NCBI GenBank assembly: GCA_964016885.1
Contig: OZ024742.1
Coordinates: 272,986,001 to 273,050,000 of the forward strand
Direction: 5' to 3'
Length of the DNA: 64,000 bases
Source of the DNA: Eledone cirrhosa
Taxonomy: Eukaryota
The notes under the pieces were generated by a model, which worked only from the letters and a program-made list of their open reading frames with translations, was not told the origin of the DNA and did not search any database. The position numbers and the translations under genes were made by a program. Shown one piece after another: positions 27,372-40,334 of this stretch (the first letter of the stretch is position 1; each line of letters opens with the position of its first letter).

Positions 27372-28148
27372 TGTGTTGTTGCATTAAGGATATATATAAT
27401 AAATGAAGAATTAGAAATTGAAGCCAGGAATATACGTCATCCGTGGTCTACTAGCCATCATAGGTTTTTCTTCGCATTACAGACCATATACCTCAAGCTA
27501 GGGTGATACAATAACTAAATTAAGTTATTGGGATAAAAAGAGTTGGGTGGAGAAAGAGAGACAGGTAAATAAACATGAATGGTGAGTCAACGTAAAGAGA
27601 GGAAAAAATGAGAAAATCAAGTCAATAATTCATTTTGAACATAAGAACTTCGAATATTGACGAGAAGGCAAAGACCCATCTTGGCCGTGCGGATGTGAGC
27701 GAGTAGAGAATCGTGTACAGTGTGGGACGATAGAGGAAGTGAGAGAGAGGGTGAGGAGCAGAGAGTGAGTGAGGGAAAGTAGGCTGGCTGAGAGAGGGTG
27801 ACGAGCAGAGGGGTGAGTGAAAGTAAGAGGGAGAACGAGAGAGAAGGGAAAGAGAGAAAGAAGGTAGCAGTAAGGGAAGAGAAAAGGACAGGTCACAGCG
27901 AAGTGGAAAGCATATATGAATGAAAAATGGCGAGCTGTGCTGTTGCATATAGGATATATATAAATGAAGAATTAGAAATAGAAGCCACGAATATACGTCA
28001 TCAGTGTTCTACTAGCCATCATAAGTATTTGTTCCCATTACAGACCATATACCGCAAGCTAGGGCGATACAATAACTAAATTAAGTTATTGGTATAGAAA
28101 GATTTCGGTAGAGAAAGAGAGACAGTTAAACAAACACGAATGGTGAGG

Positions 28149-28152
<4 letters not shown>
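27370..28152 (-). repeat. Diverged family-A tandem (about 565-bp unit, 1.4 copies)
   Basis: 27370-27591 repeats at 27934-28152. The reverse complement shares cccaataactt..tagttattg..gaggtat..taatgcga..atgatgg..cactgatga with 11.4-17.2 kb. Confidence 0.7.
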
Positions 28153-28198
<46 letters not shown>

Positions 28199-28316
28199 TT
28201 ATTTATTAAAATAACAGATTTAATAAATATTTGCTCTACGGTTCTTATATATCTGATATATATTTATCCTTATCGAGCCCTCTTTGGATTTTAGTCTTCA
28301 AATTTATTAATATTAC

Positions 28317-28351
<35 letters not shown>

Positions 28352-28959
28352 GTATATAAATATAACGAATGAAGTGTGGTAAGGAACCAGGCGGACCATA
28401 ACGCACCATAGTACTCAGTGCTTAGGGTAGTAGAGTGGGTAATAGGAAAATGTTCAAGGCCCTGATTATACAATACAATATAATTATTTCATTACCAAGG
28501 TTTTCAAGAAACTAGATTAGTCTTGCAAGGAATATATGGAGAGAGTCAGAACAAACTCGGGATTCACTAAATTGAATTCACCTCCTACCATAAAATCAAA
28601 TAAAAGCGTGAGTCTCCGTACGTTCTATGTTATAAAAGAATCCACTGATTGGGATTGCAAAAGAAAAGCTAGACTTTTTCTTAACGTGTAAGAAGCCACA
28701 CAAATATAATGGAATATTTAATCCACACACAATTAACTTCTCTTACTCAACAACTAAACACATAGCACAAAACAGAAAAGATTAATAATAGAAATCTAAA
28801 AATTAACCATAATGTAAAATCACACACTAGCAAAAAAAAAAGGAACAACAAATAGACACCGGTGGATTAATTAGCAACGCAATTAATGAACAAAACAACA
28901 CAAAACCAAATAAGACAGACCAACGAACACACAGACACAGAGAAAAAAAGCAATATAAC

Positions 28960-29420
28960 TGTATGAGATCAATTGCAACTTCGAATTCTTAGTAAATTCC
29001 CTATGCAGAATAAATGCCGAGATAGAAACATTGTTTATGAATGTAGAGTAATAACTAATAATAATTGTTTCTACTTTAGGCACAAGGCCAGCAATTAATG
29101 CATATAAAAATATTGGTGCAACTTCAACAAGGTTTAAGGGAACATGGTACAACCACATCTTTAAAAGTGTTGATAAAACGTTTAACACAGCCCTTTCCGA
29201 ACTGATTTGTACGTTAAAAAAGTAACCAAGTACAATACTCAGGTCTCTTGGCTTAAACTTTCATATGATTTTCCTTATATAAACGGGTCTATGTCTTCCA
29301 GGATTGATCTCTGTAGTACTGAGACTTTGCCAATTATAGATAGTAAACACAAAACCGCTCCGATATATTCAATACATATATGCACAAGATTTTTAAAACA
29401 TTCCGCAGAAATTATAGTTA
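28960..29420 (+). pseudogene. Naiad GIY-YIG remnant interrupted by a SINE 3' fragment (29063-29096)
   Basis: NCN..RILSKFPMQNKCRDRNIVYECRVIT / YKNIGATSTRFKGTWYNH..TALSELI. Confidence 0.7.
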
Positions 29421-29932
29421 ACGCTTCCACAAGTAATATAAAATAGAGAATACATTGATAAATAAACCATACATTATAAAAAGGAAAATTTCGCTCTACA
29501 TGGCTGAATACAATAAATGTAATCTGAGTTTTTCGAATATTAATAACAACATTCGATTCGTTTGCAATTGTGCAAACAAGCCACAATGTTATAGCCTTGT
29601 CAGTAGAATGAACCCTTCGTTCTTGCTCCTGTGTTGGCATAATACATAGCTACACTGTAACATCATTATCCAATTATTAATGGATAGAAATATAAGTACG
29701 TAGAGTTAAATGCAGAAATAAAAGAAAACAATGTAATAGTGTTTTCAAATCATTCCTAGAAATAAATGACCCCTCTAGTAATTGTATACCATAGCTTTCT
29801 TACAGTCACTAATGCCTACAACAATACTGTATCCCGATCCAAATAGAACTGCTATGATAGCAAAACTATTCATATGAGTACTGGACAGCGTTAAACCAGT
29901 AAATATCAATGGATAGAAAAATACATCTCACA

Positions 29933-30001
29933 CCATCTGATGAAAACATACTAGGGGTTTATTATATAACGACGCTTGCATTTTTGAAATACGTATTATA
30001 G
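29933..30001 (+). ncRNA. Hammerhead-like motif, partly decayed
   Basis: ccat-CTGATGA-(42 nt)-GAAA-tacgta-TT-atag. Palindromic helix III ATACGTAT; helices I and II imperfect; adjacent to Naiad remnants. Confidence 0.5.
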
Positions 30002-30049
30002 ATTTCGATACCTTACAGACAAAATCCTAAGGAATACAAATCGTCAAGT

Positions 30050-30800
30050 GCTTTCGGTTTGTTTACGAAAAGGTTGGCAGACCAACCAACAGAACAATTT
30101 TCCGATGAGAATATTAGCAAGCGGATCTCTAACCTCTCTACTAACTGAGCCGTTTTCGATAGCGCAACCACCTACGATAATGCAGTCTTAAGCAAAAATC
30201 TGGTTCTCTCATTCGTTCTAGTCAAATGTCAGAACTAATGTTGGACATAATATTTGAGCTCTCATAGACACAGACATCCCCATAGATCACAAATACCGCC
30301 AGATCTTTAATCATCATGTGGACAGAATTGTATATTACTTTCCCAGAAATATGAAGTCTCACGTTCTGCATTAAAAATGTTCTTGTAAAAATCCTGAGCA
30401 TGCCCGCTTGATCAACAGTGGAGCACCCCAGTGATAATAAGCGAAGCTGACGTATTTCCATTAAATAAATACCACCAAAATTAATCTTGGAAATGTGTTG
30501 GTTTATCAGAGTGCCCGTTTAAAAATAGCTTCCTTTATCACGAAACAAGTTTCAGATCCACGAATGAAAGAAAAACTACAAATTTGCTGCATAAAATATG
30601 GCAACTCAAAGATATAGACTTCTCATTAAATGGAAGGTTCTAGAAAAGTGTCGACCATACATGATTGGGCCAAGGACCTCATATTACAACATGAGGAAAT
30701 ATGGTGAATATTGAACAATCTCTAAAACAATAACAAACCTCGTATTACATATACAGACTTCTTCTCGCAACATTCTTTCATTTATAAGTACCTTTTAAAG
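30050..30800 (+). pseudogene. Scrambled Naiad remnants
   Basis: ENISKRISNLSTN*AVFDSATTYDNAV (thumb) and HETSFRS..KIWQLKD..IKWKVLEKCRPY (EN) on plus; an RT-like piece (INFGGIY) on minus between them. Confidence 0.6.
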
Positions 30801-30940
30801 AACTGGCCTCATTAATATTTGGAAAATATATGTATTTTCCAAATACATCATTTTTAAACTAACCACTCATAATTATTAGCCAATCTACCTTTGTTCGCAT
30901 TTTTCGGTTCCATTGTCCCCACTAGACCATCCAGTTCTTA

Positions 30941-31096
<156 letters not shown>

Positions 31097-31501
31097 ATGT
31101 GTGTGCAGGGCTGAGTGCCAAATGATTTCTATATGTATATATACATCCATCTATTCATTAGTTATTTGATTTCTCAAAATGATTTGTGTATTAATTTAAA
31201 TGACCATTTGTTTGTGTGTATGCAGTATACCATCATTTCTCTGAGTTACTTTTTTGACGTAAAGTATATGCCAATATAATGCTAGTTTGCGCTAGCGTGT
31301 TTGTGATAGTTTGCGCAATTCGTATTTGTAAACATCCTATACTCTAATAATAATAATAAAAATACGCACGCTTGACCTCCATCCATCTTCAAGGTTATCG
31401 TATTGAACACATTTACCTAAAGCTTGTTTGCAATATATCAATAGAACAAATAAAACCGCAAATACCCACACATGCCCTTTCACAACGCACAAAAAAAAAA
31501 A

Positions 31502-31539
<38 letters not shown>

Positions 31540-32253
31540 TAATATTAATAATAATAATACATTTTATAGTAAAATGAGAAATAATAACATTAATCTTATG
31601 TGTATATTTATTAGAGACGGTTATTGGTTCGCTCTAGAAACATTATTTTTGACTTACCAATTCCCTATGTAAATGTCATAATCTTGTCAATCTTTTGGAA
31701 ATAGAGGTGTAAGCTAATCTAAATATCTTTGATCGTGTGTTCATTCAAATACATAGGAAGAATTGGGCTTTCACTAAAGAATCTATAAATATTTCTCTTT
31801 GTGATTCGGTTTCTTTCCTTTCGTGTTCTTATATTTTTATTCTGCTGGTTTAAAGTACATATACATCGTGATTGATATAACACTTGTGTTAAGCTGCGAT
31901 AAGGCGAGTATTCTTAATAATATAATTTTGTGAAGTCAATAACATAAAGAACAATAAAGCGGCATACATTGAGCTCCCATGATTTAGTCTAACGGGCGGA
32001 AGGTGCGGTGGCGTAGGTTGATTATTTTTAATATGTTCGTACTCTACTATACTTACTTTCAGCAATGTTATCTTTATTTCACTATGGCTTCACATGTATG
32101 TATGTATGTATATATGTATGTGTGTATGTATATATATGCATGTATGTATGTATGTATGTATGTATGTATGTATGTATGTCAGGTCACCAGTTGGTGCTAC
32201 TGGTAACATGTATCCCAGTACATGTTACCAGTAGCATGTATCCCAGTACAACC

Positions 32254-32815
32254 TGTCCCATGGTCGGGTCGTTGGCGACTAAACTGGCAACCCCACCAAG
32301 GTTTCTTGGTGAGGAGGGTGACTTTGGACATCCTGCAGGACTAAAAACAAAACCTGTCAAAGGGCAAAGAAGCTCTTAAGAGCCAATGGCCATCCAAAAT
32401 CACCGGGAGAGATTACCCCTTAGCCTTTGTCAAGGCAGAATTCTAGGAGAAGAAAAACTCTGATATAACACCTGCAACCCTGATGGTATCCACTGATGTT
32501 AACTTGTTCTTCTTTTTGGTAAATATCATCTTGGTTAAGAGAGTGGGACTGGCTTTGTGCAGTGCCTTTGCTCACTATAAAAGCTTAACGGCACAGGCAT
32601 TGCTTTCTATCTGGAGATCTCTCTGCACTTGTCGTCACATGGTACCAAGGGCCCAGCACTGTGTGTCAATGATTGTCACAAGTGTAGTGTTTGTACCAGA
32701 GTTTTCAAGTCGTTGGCTGGACTAAAAAGTCCCACTTGTTCAGCGCACGGTAGGGGTTCTGCTACATGGATATAAAGTAGTGGCCGTACTCGAAAACGAT
32801 TTGGCAGCCACCATG
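32254..32815 (+). mobile_element. RTE-derived bipartite non-autonomous retroelement, copy 2, with (TATG)n tail
   Basis: Homologous to 22248-22817; (TATG)n on both sides. Confidence 0.7.
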
Positions 32816-33020
32816 TATGTATGTATGTATGTATGTATGTATGTATGTATGTATGTATGTATGTATGTATGTATGTATGTATGCATGTATGTATGTGTTC
32901 TCTCATTCCAATAATTTCGAATTTATTTTTGACGTATTACCTTCCCATTGACATAGGTGTAAAAAAAAGGAATTAATGCATGTATGTAAGGATCGATGTA
33001 TAACTAGAAGTATGTATATA

Positions 33021-34980
33021 TCTATAATATTTATGACAAAGAAGTTTGTTTGTATGTTGCCCGATAATAATACTAAATTTAATCGGTAATTATTAAGGTT
33101 TTTCATGTGTTTTGACCTAATCTGATGTCTGACATGTTCGCCTTCGACTTCCGAAGACGGAACGAGGGATAGTCGAGGTGGACCCTCGGATTTTTAGAGC
33201 ATCGGATATTTCTTAATTGGGAAGTTTTCGTTTGTTTTCGACCGATCTGACATACAACACACTTGCCAAAGAATGTTTTGCCGAAAAGAAAGTTGCGAAG
33301 CATGGGAGGTGGGGACTCGGAGTCATAGATAAGCACCTATTAAATTTATAGAAAATCACCCGCTGGGATCACAAAGAATTTTTTTCTTACATAGATCTTT
33401 TCTTATTTTTTCGAAGAATCTGACCATCGGCATGCTCGCAATGGTGGGTTGAGGAGGAATGTATAAAGTAAGTATGCAAATATATCAACAGGGGTACCGA
33501 TGATATCATGTTTGAGCTACATTGAAATATGTCAGACGATATATCCAACTTCCAGAACACCGATATAACAGCAGCAGGTGGCAGGTGAAGGGAGGAAACC
33601 TCGGAGTTTCCTGGCTTCGGAAACTCTTTTCTTTTCTATGTATTTTTCGTTAATTTCCGACCAATTTGACAACCGACTCACTCGCCAAAGATGATTTTTT
33701 TCTTCTGAAAATTGATGCGGTGAAGGAAAAAGATCCTCTGAGTTAGAGATAAGCAACCCCTAGCCCATTAAATGCATAGAAAATCACCCGCTGGGGATGG
33801 CGAAGAATGTTTTCCTAGATATTTTCGTATCTTTGACCTCCGATATGCACGCAAACCCGTTTCTTTTCGAAAACGGAATGGGGTGTAAGGCTACGTATTC
33901 CCTCGGACGTTCCTAACCTCGAATATATATTCAGTAGAATAATAGAGGTGGGAAATGAGGGAATACTCTGCGGGTATCATATAAAGAAGGACGCAGGATC
34001 TGTCCAAGTATTGCAATAATATTTGGCGATTGAGAAGGATGAATGAAGTATGGTGAACAGACACATTGGAGTCCATTGTCAGAATATTGAAAGAAATTAA
34101 GACTACCTCAACCATGGGTGCAATCACTGTCGTTTTATCTGGGCAATTCCGACAACCATTTCCTAAAATATCAAAGGGGACTCGCGCCGATCATGTTCAA
34201 ATTTGATGGCAATGTATCACCAAACTCAATTTAAGAACCAACATATAGGCACACACTCACGGTGAGAGTATTTTTGCAGAGTTTGGTGGAAGTACTTTGA
34301 CATATGGTGAAGGCATCCTATTGTACTGTTGTGGAAAGCGTTGATAACTTAATTAATCAAGTGTTGCCCAATTTCAAAATCCACCCCCTCAACTACAAGT
34401 GGCTCTGTGAATGAGCAATCCTTCAGACCCCCCCCCCCCACACACACACAAACACATCAATCTGAATGCCATCAACAAATATCGCTCACAATTAACCACT
34501 GGAGGTGGTCAGACCTATAGATCTATCGAGAAAGTTGTCCACAATGACGAATTTATTCAAATCCCGTTGAATCTTTCAACACTCTGTAACCGTACGGTGT
34601 GCCGCCACACAACCTGGAATTAAAGATTCTGCAATGCGAAGGGTATGGTTTTGGCTGACGTACAGTCTCTCATTATCGAAGAGAAAATCCTCAATTGATA
34701 TGGTCAGCGGTCACCGTATTTCGAATATTGCTAACAAATACAGATGTCCACTGCCTTTTCAAACGATTGCAATACATAGTGAAGGTCAGTTACGCAATGA
34801 TATTCAACGAGGTCCAAGGTCAAACATTGCAAACTGTTTGTCTCCATCTAAACGAAGGATGTTTCTCACACGGTCAATTGTTTATAGGTTGTTCCAGATT
34901 AAGGGGCACCCACAAACTATCCATATAGGCTCAATAAAAAAAATCGTTTAAATCATTGTATATACTGAAGATCATTAAAT
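33021..34980 (+). mobile_element. Second, older Helitron relic (5' end plus PIF1 helicase remnants)
   Basis: Begins A|TCTATAATATT..aaagaagtttgtttgtatgtt. Contains TMGAITVVLSGQFRQPFPKISKGTRADHV and FKRLQYIVKVSYAMIFNEVQGQTL...CFSHGQLFIGCSR. Diverged internal repeat about 33180-33430/33590-33840. Confidence 0.85.
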
Positions 34981-35318
34981 GGTTCATCATGTTGATAGAA
35001 TACATTTTTTATATTTTTTAAAATGTATTTATTATTATTTTTTTTTTTTACCAAAGAATGACATCCCCAAAACTGACGTATTCAATCCAATAGAGGGCAC
35101 ATCTTATGTATGTCACATTTGGTGCAGACCGTGAAAATCTAATGGTGGCTTTAAACGCAACGTAAGAAGCCATAGATTGACGTTTGTAGTGGGTGATGAG
35201 TGAGGGGACTCCATAGGGAGAGGGCGATCATCTCTAAAGATGAAGCAATCACCATGTATGTATGCATCTAGGCACAGGTGGATTGATATTCGTCTCTGTG
35301 TTTCCACAAATATCTATT

Positions 35319-35356
<38 letters not shown>

Positions 35357-35555
35357 TTAGTTATACTATTTATGGTTATGCAAACACAAAACCTTAAGCA
35401 GTTGTAAGTATTTTACACACACCCTAAATAGTGGTAGGCAGTAATGTATTACTACCTTATTACCAGTAAGTTAAGTAGCTCAATGTAAAAACATCAGATG
35501 ATTTACAGAGCAGTTATATGAAATATAAGAATCAAAGAACTGTTCAAAACATTAT

Positions 35556-35606
35556 TGTGCTTACAGCTGTTTCCTCCAAACCGAGGTTTGGATTCTTCGG
35601 AGCAAT
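35556..35606 (-). ncRNA. Hammerhead motif in 3' pLTR (U4C core variant)
   Basis: Minus strand tgct-CCGAAGA-atccaaacctcggtttggag-GAAA-cagctg-TA-agca. 8-bp helix II, palindromic helix III ACAGCTGT. Confidence 0.75.
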
Positions 35607-37047
35607 TTATTAATGCATGGACAGTTATATGACCTCCTTTTCAGCCGAGAGACATACCAACACATATTCAAACATTGATACATATTCAAACATTGTGGGT
35701 CAACATTCATTACAGAATTTAGAGTGGCAGTACACACTTCGAGATTACATTTATATTAATAGGTACAATCAAAAATCAAAGATATAGGTTAAAGTACAAC
35801 ATGAAGATAAGTGGTTATATAGTGCAAATGTTATATGTGTGGCACGCATGTGCGTCTTGTTTATATAGTGTGGCAGAGAGATATGTGTGGTAGAGGCACT
35901 TAGGTAGGTAAATAAGAGTGTTAGGTTGGTAGATCTGGTGGCAAAGTCTTTATATGATTGATATAGTCTGTGTGTGGAGAAATATTATAAGCATTAAAGA
36001 TAGTGCAAGCATTAAAAGTGTTATAAGTATTGGAGATGCACAGCGCAGGGATGTCAAGTAATTCATGTACTTCGGTATTTTCATGGTCAAGGGAGTGAAT
36101 ATTTCGATTATATGCCTTTCACATAATCCACGACAATCCAATTAGAGATCGTAGTCTGGTGTTCTTTAGTTCGATACAGGAGGTTGTTACGTTTCGAGAG
36201 ACGCCATTGAATACCGGAAGTGTGTGTGTGGCTAAGGGGAGTTAATGCATGCGGGGAGGTAACTCTGGGGTTTCTATATCTAGCCATTAAAATGTGTCCC
36301 AATATAGACCCTAAATTCTATGGTGAGGTGCACCTTCCAAGAGAGACTTTTAAAGCATAAAGTGTACTAACTATAGAGTAGTTTAACTAAATTATGCTGA
36401 AGGTGATCATATTATTATTAAGGTGGATTAACCCAACTTAAGGTGCTACAAATGGAAATTATAGATGATGAGCGAGGATTCTAAATTAATGATCTCTGTG
36501 GTTGTAGTCTGCTCATATGACCAGGCGCGGTGATTGCAGGATTGCTTCAGGACCCAATGATCTCTGGTAAGATCTGGGTCATCGCTTGCTACATTGGATG
36601 TCGAAAGATAATCATCCCCAGGCAGGCCAAAGGTCAATCCGCAGACCTCGCGACCCCTCTCTGACCGTCAGATCATCCATATACGTACAACCCGCACGGC
36701 AGTTGCATTGCATTCACTCACTGCGCTCAGCAGCCTGGTCCTACTGGTCAACAGCGCTACTCGATTAAATCATTTTACATCTGTCTAAGGAAGGTGTTTC
36801 CTCTGCCCAACACCATCCAACCGATCAATTCATGCTCAAATTACCCTTAGAGCGGTGTAGTGCCGTCCAGGTGGGTGGATGTTGTCACACCTGCCGTAGA
36901 GGTATAAATGGGTATTTTCCCTGCGGAGGGTTCCAGAGGGATGTCGTTGTTTGTGTTATAATGGATCAGCTAGTGTTGGGTATGTAGTATAGGGTGTGTC
37001 TCTGGTGTTTGATGCTAGATGTGGTGTTAGGTTCCAGTCCGACATTG

Positions 37048-39507
37048 CTATATATGGGGCTTAAAGTTTTGGAAGGAATGTCTGAGGCGGTGCTGGCAAG
37101 TTGCAAACACCTCAGATTTTATGTTAAGTAGGTTACGGTTGGAGAAGATAATATTGTGTGTCTCTAGTATACAGAGGTTACAGAATTTATTAGGTGGTTT
37201 GTACGAGGTCGCGCTGCCTATCACTTCCCATTTGAGTGTGTATGGTTTATTTTTAGATTTTAGATAGTGTATGTAGCTAGAAAGTGAGGTGGAGTTGGCT
37301 AGGCTGTGCTTTTTGAACGAGTGGATGTGCGAGTTATATCTAATTTTGAAGCAGTTAGAAGTGGAGCCTACATAGGTTTCTGAAGAGTTATTAGTCGTGA
37401 CTGTGCATGAGTATATGACATCCTTGGTTAGGCATTTTTTATCTAAAGGGCAGGTTCTATTAGCTCTACAGTTACAATTATTCTGTGCGTTAGTCCGCTG
37501 GTTATAATGCAATGCGGAAGTCTGTGTGGTGGATATAGGATTTTGGGTGTTCAGGTTGATAACCCTGGTGTTATTACTTATACTAGTGTTATTTCTATTG
37601 TTACTGCCGTTGCTATTGTTGCTTGCTACAGTGGTATTTAGAGGGTTTGCATCCCGTTGCGATTTTGTTTGTTGGAAGTAAGAACTAATTTTACTATTAT
37701 TGCTGCTAGCTATGTGGTATGCTAAGTTAGGCGTCGTGGAGTATGAGATTTTAATGGTGTTTTTGTTTAAGAGGTTGTGGTACTTGTGTCCTAGAGGGAA
37801 GTTTTTATCTAGTAGTGAGAAGAAAGCCCTAGGTATGTTGGTGGAGACATTTAGGTTGAAAGGAGGGTTGAAAAATGTATTATTTCTTCTTCTATTTTTG
37901 CTTTTAGTGTTTGGTGTGTTGCTTCCTCCTAAGGCCTCACAGTAGTTTCCATGGTAATGGTTACTTCCGGTGGCACCCTCCGCTTTGGTGTACTTGTGGT
38001 TGCTATTCCTATTATTAGATTTCCTCATGGACATGTTGTGCGAGATGATGTTGTAGCTATGTGTTTTCTTAGGTAGGAACTCAATTTCTATATTATGGCC
38101 GGAGCTAGCTAATGCTTGATTGTAATATTGTGAGTTTTTGCTAAATATGTTTGCGTCATAGGACAGACTAGAGATTCTATTGGACACCCCCTTAGAGATA
38201 GAGTTTAATATTGATCTAGGGTGATTAGACTTGGTATCTACGTAAATAAGTTTCTCATTAGGCTTATGGAAGGGTGTATATATTTTTGAGTCTAGGTATA
38301 GTGTGGCGTCTTGGAAGTTAACATTTTTAGTGTTTTTGTCCATGGTGATACTAAGGTTAAAGTTTTTGAATGTCTTATGCAGTTGTTTTCTAGTTCTTTC
38401 TATATTAAATTTTTTATATTCTATGAGTAGAAGTGCATCATCGCGGTACAAACCACCGTTGAGGTAAGGGAGGTCTTTATGGATTTCATTGAGGAGGTAT
38501 AGGCCGACCAAATCAGTGACCTGCGCCGAGTCACTAGATCCCATGGTTATGTCGAAGTTGTTGTGCGTATCCTTGCGTGTCCATAGTTGGTCCTCGAAGG
38601 TGATTATGGTTTTACGGGCCGCAAGGATGACATCAACCTGGGCTCTAGTCAGGTCGCTATTGGTCATGGCCATGATAAGTGCCTTATTTAATAGGATAGG
38701 GGAAATAGAGGTGTAGTATGAATTGATATCAAATTGAATAAATTTTTTGTTCTTATTATTCTTGATATCCTTAAACCATTCAATTACTTCACCCGTATTT
38801 CCCCATTGTTTAAGGTGTATCTTGTGTTTAATTTGTGGGATGATTTTATCCAAAATCTTCTTGCTGATAATACCAATGTCGGACTTGGAAGGGCAGATAA
38901 GTCTTATCGTGGGGTTGCTGATGAAGTTCTCCTTATGGTCCTTCAGAGAGAATCTAGGGGGGTTCGGAGTGAAAGGTTGTGTATGCCTCTGTAGTCCTAG
39001 TTTAGACACTATATTATAACCCTCTACATTAATATCTTCTAAGTTTTTCAAGGTGGTTTTTTTGTAGCTTTTATGTAGTTCATTATATATAAACTTTCTA
39101 TAAGTAATATAATCTAGGCTGTATATGTTATTAGTTTTATCTGCGTGTACAATAATTTTATTACTAGTTTTGAATCCACTAATAGAAGTGTTAAGTTTGT
39201 TTAAGAAGGTGTTGCTTCTAATATGGTGCTTATTGTATTTAATGTTCTTAACTAGTTTAACTAGGTCATTTTCAAAGGAGTTAAGTAGAGTGTTATGAGG
39301 GGGGCTTTTAAAGGTTTTAAAGCCGAAGGAGTCAAAATTGTTAGTATTATTCAAGTTGTTAGATTTGTTTCTATCATAATGGAATGTTCTCCATCTCACT
39401 CTATTGATAAATGAATTTACACTGTTGATCAGCAATTTCTCATATGTATTCCTGGATGGTATTGGTATGTTCTTGGTTGACATGGGGAGTTGGTCTTTGA
39501 TTAGCAT
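37048..39507 (-). CDS. PLE reverse transcriptase + C-terminal GIY-YIG endonuclease, 819 aa, intact
   Basis: STKNIPIPS..RVRW N-terminus, ADKT, LKDHK, RLICPSKS, QFDI..YY.SI, FDITMGS, GLYRDD, SNHP, NPPF, CNCx5CPLxxxCL, VIY..YVGST, FCNLCILE, CQHR. Confidence 0.97.
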   Translation of the reverse strand: MLIKDQLPMSTKNIPIPSRNTYEKLLINSVNSFINRVRWRTFHYDRNKSNNLNNTNNFDSFGFKTFKSPPHNTLLNSFENDLVKLVKNIKYNKHHIRSNTFLNKLNTSISGFKTSNKIIVHADKTNNIYSLDYITYRKFIYNELHKSYKKTTLKNLEDINVEGYNIVSKLGLQRHTQPFTPNPPRFSLKDHKENFISNPTIRLICPSKSDIGIISKKILDKIIPQIKHKIHLKQWGNTGEVIEWFKDIKNNKNKKFIQFDINSYYTSISPILLNKALIMAMTNSDLTRAQVDVILAARKTIITFEDQLWTRKDTHNNFDITMGSSDSAQVTDLVGLYLLNEIHKDLPYLNGGLYRDDALLLIEYKKFNIERTRKQLHKTFKNFNLSITMDKNTKNVNFQDATLYLDSKIYTPFHKPNEKLIYVDTKSNHPRSILNSISKGVSNRISSLSYDANIFSKNSQYYNQALASSGHNIEIEFLPKKTHSYNIISHNMSMRKSNNRNSNHKYTKAEGATGSNHYHGNYCEALGGSNTPNTKSKNRRRNNTFFNPPFNLNVSTNIPRAFFSLLDKNFPLGHKYHNLLNKNTIKISYSTTPNLAYHIASSNNSKISSYFQQTKSQRDANPLNTTVASNNSNGSNNRNNTSISNNTRVINLNTQNPISTTQTSALHYNQRTNAQNNCNCRANRTCPLDKKCLTKDVIYSCTVTTNNSSETYVGSTSNCFKIRYNSHIHSFKKHSLANSTSLSSYIHYLKSKNKPYTLKWEVIGSATSYKPPNKFCNLCILETHNIIFSNRNLLNIKSEVFATCQHRLRHSFQNFKPHI

Positions 39508-39754
39508 ATTGGCAATATTATATGTCAGCTCAACGATATGGAGCAGTTAATAGTATTAGTTATACTATTTATGGTTATGCAAACACAAAACCTTAAGCAG
39601 TTGTAAGTATTTTACACACACCCTAAATAGTGGTAGGCAGTAATGTATTACTACCTTATTACCAGTAAGTTAAGTAGCTCAATGTAAAAACATCAGATGA
39701 TTTACAGAGCAGTTATATGAAATATAAGAATCAAAGAACTGTTCAAAACATTAT

Positions 39755-39805
39755 TGTGCTTACAGCTGTTTCCTCCAAACCGAGGTTTGGATTCTTCGGA
39801 GCAAT
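39755..39805 (-). ncRNA. Hammerhead motif in 5' pLTR (identical copy)
   Basis: Same sequence as 35556-35606. Confidence 0.75.
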
Positions 39806-40288
39806 TTATTAATGCATGGACAGTTATATGACCTCCTTTTCAGCCGAGAGACATACCAACACATATTCAAACATTGATACATATTCAAACATTGTGGGTC
39901 AACATTCATTACAGAATTTAGAGTGGCAGTACACACTTCGAGATTACATTTATATTAATAGGTACAATCAAAAATCAAAGATATAGGTTAAAGTACAACA
40001 TGAAGATAAGTGGTTATATAGTGCAAATGTTATATGTGTGGCACGCATGTGCGTCTTGTTTATATAGTGTGGCAGAGAGATATGTGTGGTAGAGGCACTT
40101 AGGTAGGTAAATAAGAGTGTTAGGTTGGTAGATCTGGTGGCAAAGTCTTTATATGATTGATATAGTCTGTGTGTGGAGAAATATTATAAGCATTAAAGAT
40201 AGTGCAAGCATTAAAAGTGTTATAAGTATTGGAGATGCACAGCGCAGGGATGTCAAGTAATTCATGTACTTCGGTATTTTCATGGTAT

Positions 40289-40330
<42 letters not shown>

Positions 40331-40334
40331 TTAT

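Larger units (their letters stand above)
35351..40286 (-). mobile_element. Full-length Naiad-type Penelope-like element (family A) with about 737-bp direct pLTRs
   Basis: 35351-36087 recurs at 39550-40286 (offset 4199, no differences noticed). Single intact ORF; (TA)n on both flanks. Confidence 0.95.

Noticed and set aside
36500-36620. SECIS or C/D snoRNA in the Naiad A 3' UTR
   Set aside because: The ORF has no in-frame TGA, the quartet geometry does not fit, and no convincing rRNA complementarity was recognised.
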